Shown here in pieces: positions 26,697 to 37,744 of a stretch of DNA of 64,000 nucleotides. Made by a program: the position numbers and the translations under genes. Origin of the DNA: Scyliorhinus canicula (lineage: Eukaryota). Numbering within the stretch: position 1 is the stretch's first letter; the number at the start of each line of letters is the position of its first letter. The notes beneath the pieces are model-generated. The model had not been told where the DNA came from. It worked only from the letters and a program-made list of their open reading frames with translations, and ran no database searches. Where the stretch lies: contig NW_024055720.1 of the NCBI RefSeq assembly GCF_902713615.1, positions 62,001-126,000 on the forward strand, read 5' to 3'.

Positions 26697-27066
26697 GCTC
26701 GAGAGGGAATTCAGCAACTTGCACCTTAACCTGAAGGTCAGTACTTGATTCAAATGTAATATTAATGTCAGTGATCAGAGTCAAAACACACGCTGCTTCT
26801 TACATAACTCACACAGAGTAAATTAAACAGTAAAACTGAACAAACTAATCGATCTAATAGGATGAGCTTTTGTCTGTTTATATTTACTGTTCACATTTTC
26901 AGCAATTAGAGACTTGGCTATAATCCTGGTTTTATTATTTCTGATTCTTGGAGAAAGTGTATGTACATTCGGTTTTATAAACTGCTGTCAAATTGTAAAT
27001 TAGATCAGAAGTAAACGTGTATTTGAAGTGAATATTGAGCGGCAGGACTGAACAGAGAGTGAGTGC

Positions 27067-27144
27067 AGTTTTTGTGCGGGTGTCTGTCACTGTGACTACA
27101 GTGGGTCACAGTGCTGTGCACAGCGACATCCTCATACAAAAACT
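27067..27144 (+). other. IgH diversity segment D1 (coding 27095-27106, ACTACAGTGGGT) with 12-bp and 22-bp spacer RSS
   Basis: AGTTTTTGT-12-CACTGTG | D | CACAGTG-22-ACAAAAACT. All three forward frames are open (TTVG / LQW / YSG). Confidence 0.94.
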
Positions 27145-27445
27145 TCAGTGATAGAGTTTGTTCAAATTGGTGATCAGCGCCACAACAGGATTGTCAAGGC
27201 AAATGAGGCTTAAATAAAACACAATATTAGTTTGCAAAAAGGTATAAAAATCTTCCACTTTATCACTGTTGACCGACTCGCTAAATGTGCACAGAAGGTT
27301 TAAAAGTGTTCAGATCCTCTTTATAAATGTAATGACCAGGACAATCTGAAATAACTCACCCATTCGCTCTTGGAAGAGACAGAATTTGTTTTTTGAGTGA
27401 ACAGTGAAATTAAATCTCTGTATTTTACAGTTAACAGTCTGCCAC

Positions 27446-27511
27446 AGTATTTGACACGCTGTGTCTCACTGTGATAGCTGGGGCACAGCAGTTACTGTCA
27501 ATACAAAAAGC
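27446..27511 (+). other. IgH diversity segment D2 (coding 27474-27483, ATAGCTGGGG) with 12/12 RSS
   Basis: AGTATTTGA-12-CACTGTG | D | CACAGCA-12-ACAAAAAGC. One forward frame starts with TAG. Confidence 0.9.
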
Positions 27512-27833
27512 CCTTCAGCACTAATTAACTGAGGCTGGCTCAGTGCTCGCTTTTACAATCCAACTTTATTTACAGTGAAGCATTATTTATTTCCAGCACT
27601 GACAAAATAATAAGAATTAATATGGAAATTTGGTGGTCGTTAGTTAGTCACAGTTGGTGTTTTCAGTAACATTTCCATATCTGTGAAATGTAAAACATTC
27701 GGTCATTTATGAAGAGAGAGCGGTATCCACAAATATTAATATAATTTCCTGAAAATTAATCGTGAATTTTCTTTGCCGTTGGTTTGTGAATATTTAAAAT
27801 AATGCTGGATTTCTGTCTATTTTGTGCAGATGC

Positions 27834-27872
27834 GGTTATTGTATGGAGCAGCTCAGGGAATGTGACACTGTG
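27834..27872 (+). other. J recombination signal, 23-bp spacer
   Basis: GGTTATTGT (27834-27842) + 23 nt + CACTGTG (27866-27872). Confidence 0.93.
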
Positions 27873-27920
27873 ACTACTTCGACTACTGGGGACAAGGCAC
27901 CATGGTGACGGTGACTGCAG
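27873..27920 (+). CDS. IGHJ: IgH joining segment (YFDYWGQGTMVTVTA)
   Basis: WGxG motif, upstream RSS-23, donor GTAAGA at 27921. Confidence 0.97.
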
Positions 27921-30900
27921 GTAAGAACCATTCCGTCATTTACCAACTGTTTTACTTGAGTATTTGTTTTATATTTTTCTGCATTTTCAAAATCCATTCG
28001 TTCACTGAAATGTGTTTTGGTGGATCATGTATTGAGATGTTGTTGCAATGTTTCATTTGATTCTGCTGAAAGGGGGATATAGAATCCCGCGGTTTCTTGA
28101 CAGAAAGATGCTGCTGAGGGATTCAGTCCCTGTTTGCTGTGATTTGGTGTTTATTTGCTGAGGATACCGTGTGGTTCGGTTAGTTTAAATACAAAACGTC
28201 TGTTTGTACGATGTTTAATCTCGGTTCTATCTAGTGTCTGCACTTTGTACCGTCTTCTGCACAAGTGGATGAGATCGATCCCAACATTGACAAAATGTGC
28301 TAAAGTTTCTGTATTATCTTATTGAACACGTTCTGCTTACTGAAAGTGCTGATGATATCATTCAAATTTTCTGTTTAGTTTACTGTTCATTCATTTGATG
28401 ACATGAGGGTTTGGTGCATTCTAAATTGAGATTTTCTTGCAATGTTACATTCGATTCTTTTGGAAGCGTTTTGTAGAATTGAGCTGCTTCTCTAAGATGT
28501 TTCACTCCTTCAGTGATGTGATTTGGTGTTTTCCTGCTGCGGAATGTTTTTGGGTGACTTTGTGTAGAAAAGTTTGTGAAACGGTTTGGTGTGTCTGTAT
28601 TGTTTCAACTCGGTGACACTGAGCGGTTACACGTTTTGTGATTGAATGCAAAGTATACGTGTTTGAAACTGCTTGTCGCAGGATTGTCGGCAGAGAACAG
28701 GGAGGCTGTTGGTGCATCGTGAAAAAAGTGAAAATTGCAGATTAAACTAAGCCACGTTTTACCACAAATCCTTTCCGAGCACAAGTTGTTGCTGCAATCA
28801 GTTTGCCGTTTGTGCAAAGTTTAATCTCGGTGGCATCTGATGGTTGCAGCTTTTACCATCAACTGCAAACATTAAAAGCATTTAAATGTGTTTGAAAAAT
28901 GACTCAGTATGAAAAAATGGTTAAGTTTCAATATTTATTTGTTGTTAATATTCGAGCACCTCGCAATGCTATTGCTGTTATTCCACATTTCTGTTTAGTT
29001 TAATAATTCATACATTTGGTGACTAGCTGGTTTGCTGGATATTGATAGTTTCTTGCAAAGTTAAGTTTGATGCTGTTCGACGTAGAATTGAGCTGCTTCT
29101 CCATAAGCGGGTTTCAGTCCATCATTGATGTAATTTAGTGTTTTGTTCTGCTGAGGAGATTGTGTATCTGGGTGACTTTAAATGATTCAGATCTGTCAAA
29201 CGGTTCAGCGTTTCTGCATTGTTTCTGCATTGTTTAAACTCGGTGACACTGAGCGGTTACACGTTTTCTGGTTGAATGCAAACAGTCTCCGCGTTTGAAA
29301 ATGCTTGAAGGGCGATTGTCGGGTGAAAACAGCCAGGCTTAAGAAAATAATCGAATAAAGATATATTGATGCATTTTGTAATTTTAACTGATGCTTCCAG
29401 ATTAAACGAAATAGTGACTGAAACGGCCATGCAGAACATAGTAACATTTATATAATTCAAACAATTCCAATGCGGTTATACAACTCCATATTAACCAAAG
29501 GTTATTATATATTAATATAATTCATCATTAATCACCTTTCACAATCCTGCTGTGTTCCGCACGAGGTTAACTTGACCGGACAGGTTTCTAGGCTGGAAAT
29601 ACTTTGTAATTCCAGTTATTCTATTATTTCTGTGGCGCTGCAACCATATTATACCTTCACTGTAATGCGTAGTTGGATAGCGAGGTAATTATCATTAATC
29701 TAATCTTAGATAGGTTTCTGAGATGTGGAAGTCGCTGCCAATCAAGGAATTGTTCTGATGATTTTATTTGTATTGTAGGAAAGTTCAGATTGTCTATGGC
29801 AAGAGATTGAAAAGTAAAAGCTTGAATGTCAAACCGGTTTATTTATTTACAAAAGGTTAAAAGTAGCTTTGCATTTGATAATGACATCCTGTCTCCCATA
29901 GCTGTGCTCTACACACGATAGAATTATAGGAAGAACAGATGATTGGAAAGGAAGAATGATTATATCTTAGCTTTAGGTTTAAATTTTATTAAATGCTAAA
30001 TTCAACAACAAATTGTCGACTCCACTTGCTCATAATGGGTGAGTTTTGCAAATGATTTGAATAAACATTACTGAGCTGTTCTCGTTATATTCATTACTTT
30101 CTGAGAATAGATCGAGTCTATGATTTATCAATGTTTTCAGAAAGGCGCATATTTTACACATTTGTAGGTCAAATAGAGCAATTGGAGTTTAAAGAAATGT
30201 GAATATAGTCAATTAAATGTTAAGATGATTCCATCGAGTAATTTGGAGTTTATTGTTCAACATTGTTTGATTGTCAGGTTGTTTTAATTAAACCCCAATT
30301 ATTTCATAAAGCTCTGGGTAAAAACAATTTGGAGATTATTGAATGCTATTTTTATTATATTTATTATTATAGTACAGATAATCGAATAAAGAATTAGCTG
30401 ACAATTAACAATAACTTACAATACAATATCAGTGCGAATTAATTCAACATAAATGATCTCCTACAATTGAGTTGTATCCTGGCGTAATATCTCAAATGTT
30501 TTAGTGAATTTTAATAATATCTGAAATTAATTGAGGAAACCATACATTTCTTTATACTGCTGTGTGCAGCTCAATTATTTTACTGATTACATTCTTTTGC
30601 CCTGATTATTTTTCTGATTACATTTAATTGTGTTTTTAGATCATATCAGTGGATAATGTGAATATTTCCTGGTTTGTTTAATTATTGCCCTGTCACTGAG
30701 TCTCTATTCTGTCATTAATCTACCCTGACTCTGTGATATTTAATCTGCTCATTTTCAGCAAAACTACTTTTTGCCCAATTATCGAGTTTTGAGATAGACA
30801 GACAGAAATAGTTAAAAACCGAATGCAGTTCTGAAATTAATGTCAGTTTAATTTCAAATAAGTCACTAAATTATTGTTGTCGGAAGTTGACCATTGATAA

Positions 30901-31324
30901 ATTAGAATCAAACAGTTTCATGAAACTGACAGATTGAACAGATCTATCTGCTGGAACTCGATTGTTGCCATTTGTGTCTGTTCAGTTTCTGTGCGCGCGG
31001 TCACTGTGCTGGGACCAGGAATCTTCCTGACTGGTTGTAAATCTTCTGCTTCATTTTCCAGTATTTCAGGAAGTGCAATTTGATCAAGCCCTTCAATAAA
31101 ACTTGTGTATGTGTGAAATGTGGAAATTGTACTTGATGTTTGACTAGGCGACTCAGAAAGGGGATTCCAAACCCAGATAATGACAGTCAGAAAGAATTCA
31201 GCAACGCCAGGCAGGCTGGAGAAGGAGATTTGGTTGATTTTTAAGCAGTGATATATCGGTCTTGGGAATTTTCGATTCGGCACTGCAGAGAGCGATTTAT
31301 TGGGTTATATGGCAGTCCTTGATC

Positions 31325-34300
31325 TATTTAATGGCTCACTCACACAGCCTCACTCACACAGCCTCAGTCACACAGCCTCACTCACACAGCCTCACTCACA
31401 CAGCCTCACACACATCCTCACTCACACAGCCTCACTCACACACCCTCACTCACACACCCTCACTCCCACAGCCTCACTCACACATGCCTCACTCACTACC
31501 GTCACTCACACAGCCTCATTCACACAGCCTCACTCACACAGCCTCACTCACACAGCCTCACTCACACACCCTCACCCACACAGCCTCATTCACACAGCCT
31601 CACTCACACAGCCTCACTCACACACCCTCACTCACACAGCCTCACTCACACAGCCTCACTCACACACCCTCACCCACACAGCATCACTCACACACCCTCA
31701 CTCACTACCCTCACTCACACAGCCTCACTCACACAGCCTCACTCACACACCCTCACTCACACACCCTCACTCACACACCCTCACTCACACAGCCTCACTC
31801 ACACAGCCTCACTCACACACCCTCACCCACACAGCCTCATTCACACAGCCTCACTCACACAGCCTCACTCACACACCCTCACTCACACAGCCTCACTCAC
31901 ACAGCCTCACTCACACACCCTCACCCACACAGCATCACTCACACACCCTCACTCACTACCCTCACTCACACAGCCTCACTCACACAGCCTCACTCACACA
32001 GCCTCACTCACACACCCTCACTCACACACCCTCACTCACACACCCTCACTCACACAGCCTCACTCACACAGCCTCACTCACACACCCTCACTCACACAGC
32101 CTCACTCACACAGCCTCACTCACACACCCTCACTCACACAGCCTCACTCACACAGCCTCACTCACACACCCTCACTCACACAGCCTCACTCACACACCCT
32201 CATACACACAGCCTCACTCACACACCCTCACTCACACAGCCTCATTCACACACCCTCACTCACACAGCCTCACTTACACGCACTCACTCACACACCCTCA
32301 CTCACACACCCTCACTCACACACCCTCACTCACACACCCTCACTCACAGACACAGCCTCACTTACACATCCTCACTCACACAGCCTCACTCACACAGCCT
32401 CACTTACACATCCTCACTCAGACACACTCACTCACTACCCTCACTCACACAGCCTCACTGACACACCCTCACTCACACACCCTCACTCACACACCCTCAC
32501 TCACAGACACAGCCTCACTTACACATCCTCACTCACACAGCCTCACTCACACAGCCTCACTTACACATCCTCACTCAGACACACTCACTCACTACCCTCA
32601 CTCACACACCCTCACTGACACACCCTCACTCACACACCCTCACTCACACAGCCTCACTCACACACCCTCACTCACACAGCCTCACTCACACAGCCTCACT
32701 CACACACCCTCACTCACACAGCCTCACTCACACACCCTCATACACACAGCCTCACTCACACACCCTCACTCACACAGCCTCATTCACACACCCTCACTCA
32801 CACAGCCTCACTCACACGCACTCACTCACACACCCTCACTCACACACCCTCACTCACACACCCTCACTCACACACCCTCACTCACAGACACAGCCTCACT
32901 TACACATCCTCACTCACACAGCCTCACTCACACAGCCTCACTTACACATCCTCACTCAGACACACTCACTCACTACCCTCACTCACACATCCTCACTGAC
33001 ACACCCTCACTCACACACACTCACTCACACAGCCTCACTCACACACCCTCACTCACACAGCCTCACTCACACACACTCACTCACACAGCCTCACTCACGC
33101 TACCCTCACTCACACAGCCTCACTCACACAGCCTCACTCACACAGTCTCACTCACACAGCCTGACTCACAGACACAGCCTCACTCACACAGCCTCACTCA
33201 CACAGCCTCACTCACACAGCCTCACTCACAGACCCTCACTCACACACACTCACTCACACAGCCTCACTCACACAGCCTCACTCACACAGCCTCACTCACA
33301 CACCCTCACTCACACAGCCTCACACACACACACTCACTCACACAGCCTCACTCACAGAGCCTCACTCACACAGCGTCACTCCCACACCCTCACTCACACA
33401 CCCTCACTCACACAGCCTCATTCACACAGCTTCACTCACACACCCTCACTCACACAGCCTCACTCACACAGCCTCACTCACACAGCCTCACTCACACAGC
33501 CTCACTCACACACCCTCACTCACACACACTCACTCACACAGCCTCACTCACACACCCTCACTCACACACCCTCACTCACATACCCTCACTCACACACCCT
33601 CACCCACACAGCCTCATTCACACAGCCTCACTCACACAGCCTCACTCACACACCCTCACTCACACAGCCTCACTCACACAGCCTCACTCACACACCCTCA
33701 CCCACACAGCATCACTCACACACCCTCACTCACTACCCTCACTCACACAGCCTCACTCACACAGCCTCACTCACACACCCTCACTCACACACCCTCACTC
33801 ACACACCCTCACTCACACAGCCTCACTCACACAGCCTCACTCACACACCCTCACCCACACAGCCTCATTCACACAGCCTCACTCACACAGCCTCACTCAC
33901 ACACCCTCACTCACACAGCCTCACTCACACAGCCTCACTCACACACCCTCACCCACACAGCATCACTCACACACCCTCACTCACTACCCTCACTCACACA
34001 GCCTCACTCACACAGCCTCACTCACACAGCCTCACTCACACACCCTCACTCACACACCCTCACTCACACACCCTCACTCACACAGCCTCACTCACACAGC
34101 CTCACTCACACACCCTCACTCACACAGCCTCACTCACACAGCCTCACTCACACACCCTCACTCACACAGCCTCACTCACACAGCCTCACTCACACACCCT
34201 CACTCACACAGCCTCACTCACACACCCTCATACACACAGCCTCACTCACACACCCTCACTCACACAGCCTCATTCACACACCCTCACTCACACAGCCTCA

Positions 34301-36000
34301 CTTACACGCACTCACTCACACACCCTCACTCACACACCCTCACTCACACACCCTCACTCACACACCCTCACTCACAGACACAGCCTCACTTACACATCCT
34401 CACTCACACAGCCTCACTCACACAGCCTCACTTACACATCCTCACTCAGACACACTCACTCACTACCCTCACTCACACAGCCTCACTGACACACCCTCAC
34501 TCACACACCCTCACTCACACACCCTCACTCACAGACACAGCCTCACTTACACATCCTCACTCACACAGCCTCACTCACACAGCCTCACTTACACATCCTC
34601 ACTCAGACACACTCACTCACTACCCTCACTCACACAGCCTCACTGACACACCCTCACTCACACACCCTCACTCACACAGCCTCACTCACACACCCTCACT
34701 CACACAGCCTCACTCACACAGCCTCACTCACACACCCTCACTCACACAGCCTCACTCACACACCCTCATACACACAGCCTCACTCACACACCCTCACTCA
34801 CACAGCCTCATTCACACACCCTCACTCACACAGCCTCACTCACACGCACTCACTCACACACCCTCACTCACACACCCTCACTCACACACCCTCACTCACA
34901 CACCCTCACTCACAGACACAGCCTCACTTACACATCCTCACTCACACAGCCTCACTCACACAGCCTCACTTACACATCCTCACTCAGACACACTCACTCA
35001 CTACCCTCACTCACACATCCTCACTGACACACCCTCACTCACACACACTCACTCACACAGCCTCACTCACACACCCTCACTCACACAGCCTCACTCACAC
35101 ACACTCACTCACACAGCCTCACTCACGCTACCCTCACTCACACAGCCTCACTCACACAGCCTCACTCACACAGTCTCACTCACACAGCCTGACTCACAGA
35201 CACAGCCTCACTCACACAGCCTCACTCACACAGCCTCACTCACACAGCCTCACTCACAGACCCTCACTCACACACACTCACTCACACAGCCTCACTCACA
35301 CAGCCTCACTCACACAGCCTCACTCACACACCCTCACTCACACAGCCTCACACACACACACTCACTCACACAGCCTCACTCACAGAGCCTCACTCACACA
35401 GCGTCACTCCCACACCCTCACTCACACACCCTCACTCACACAGCCTCATTCACACAGCTTCACTCACACACCCTCACTCACACAGCCTCACTCACACAGC
35501 CTCACTCACACAGCCTCACTCACACAGCCTCACTCACACACCCTCACTCACACACACTCACTCACACAGCCTCACTCACACACCCTCACTCACACACCCT
35601 CACTCACATACCCTCACTCACACACCCTCACTCACACAGCCTCATTCACACCGCCTCACACACACCCTCACTCACCCACCCTCACTCACACAGCCTCACT
35701 CACACAGCCTCACTCACACAGCCTCACTCACACAGCCTCACTCACACAGCCTCACTCACACACTCTCACTCACACAGCCTCACTCACACAGCCTCACTCA
35801 CACAGCCTCACCCTCACAGCCTCACTCACACAGCCTCACTCACACAGCCTCACTCACACACCCTCACTCACACAGCCTCACTCACAACCTCACTCACACA
35901 GCCTCACCCACACACCCTCACTCACACACACAGCCTCACACACACAGCTTCACTCACAAAGCGTCTCTCACCCACCATTTCCCATGCACCTTCACTCACA
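31325..36000. repeat. 14-bp minisatellite array (CACACAGCCTCACT / CACACACCCTCACT)
   Basis: Period-14 units read directly. Contains two near-identical 2028-bp blocks. Confidence 0.95.
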
Positions 36001-37744
36001 ATCTCGCCCATCCTCATTCACACACCCTCTCTCATGTTCCCTCACACACCCTCACAGAGCCACCCTCACTTACACACACTCATGCACCCACCCTCTTTCA
36101 CTCACTCTCACTCAACCTCACACCCTCACCCACTCTCATTCACTTACCTTCACTCACTCACCCTCACTTACTCACACTCACTCATCCTCACACTCACTCT
36201 CATTAACGCACTCACCCAACCTCATTCAATTACCCTCATTCTCTAACATTCACTCACTCATGCACCCACTCTCATTCACTCACTCACCCTCACTCACCCG
36301 CTAACTGTCACGTACACTCCTGGCTCACTCACCCTCACTCACTCACCCTCACTCAATCACCCTCACTCATTCAGCCTCACTCATTCACCCTCACTCAATC
36401 ACCCTCACTCAATCACCCTCACTCAATCACCCTCACTCAATCACCCTCACTCATTCACCCTCACTCAATCACCCTCACTCAATCACCCTCACTCATTCAC
36501 CCTCACTCATTCACCCTCAGTCATTCACCCTCACTAATGCACTCTCATTCATTCACCCTCCCTCACCCACCCTCACTCAGTCACCTTCACTCTCATGTTC
36601 ACTGCACACCTGTGAATATAGTCAATTAAATGTTAAGATGATTCCATCGAGTAATTTGGAGTTTATTGTTCAACATTGTTTGATTGTCAGGTTGTTTTAA
36701 TTAAACCCCAATTATTTCATAAAGCTCTGGGTAAAAACAATTTGGAGATTATTGAATGCTATTTTTATTATATTTATTATTATAGTACAGATAATCGAAT
36801 AAAGAATTAGCTCACAATTAACAATAACTTACAATACAATATCAGTGCGAATTAATTCAACATAAATGATCTCCTACAATTGAGTTGTATCCTGGCGTGC
36901 AATATCTCAAATGTTTTAGAGAATTTTAATAATATCTGAAATTAATTGAGGAAACCATACATTTCTTTATACTGCTGTGTGCAGCTCAATTATTTTACTG
37001 ATTACATTCTTTTGCCCTGATTATTTTTCTGATTACATTTAATTGTGTTTTTAGATCATATCAGTGGATAATGTGAATATTTCCTGGTTTGTTTAATTAT
37101 TGCCCTGTCACTGAGTCTCTATTCTGTCATTAATCTACCCTGACTCTGTGATATTTAATCTGCTCATTTTCAGCAAAACTACTTTTTGCCCAATTGTCGA
37201 GTTTTGAGATAGACAGACAGAAATAGTTAAAAACCGAATGCAGTTCTGAAATTAATGTCAGTTTAATTTCAAATAAGTCACTAAATTATTGTTGTCGGAA
37301 GTTGACCATTGATAAATTAGAATCAAACAGTTTCATGAAACTGACAGATTGAACAGATCTATCTGCTGGAACTCGATTGTTGCCATGTGTGTCTGTTCAG
37401 TTTCTGTGCGCGCGGTCACTGTGCTGGGACCTGGAATCTTCCTGACTGGTTGTAAATCTTCTGCTTCATTTTCCAGTATTTCAGGAAGTGCAATTTGATC
37501 AAGCCCTTCAATAAAACTTGTGTATGTGTGAAATGTGGAAATTGTACTTGATGTTTGACTAGGCGACTCAGAAAGGGGATTCCAAACCCAGATAATGACA
37601 GTCAGAAAGAATTCAGCAGCACCAGACAGGCTGGAGAAGGAGATTTGGTTGATTTTTAAGCAGTGATATATCGGTCTTGGGAATTTTCGATTCGGCACTG
37701 CAGAGAGCGATTTATTGGGTTATATGGCAGTCCTTGATCTATTT

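Noticed and set aside
26658-26729. C-terminal extension of the V ORF (HSERNQGW...)
   Set aside because: Read-through of the RSS. The V is unrearranged, not germline-joined.
28596-28630. GTGACACTGAG motif resembling the J-RSS end (also at about 29245)
   Set aside because: The heptamer lacks the essential terminal GTG, nonamer matches are poor, and no J-like coding follows.
30918-31283. 121-aa minus-strand ORF duplicated at 37333-37698
   Set aside because: No recognisable domain. It is present twice only because of the recent intronic duplication.
31300-36246. 1648-aa His/Thr/Ser/Leu-rich ORF (and overlapping 399-aa, 401-aa and 374-aa ORFs)
   Set aside because: Translation of intronic CA-rich minisatellites whose composition almost excludes stop codons. 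Several frames are open and there is no splice context.
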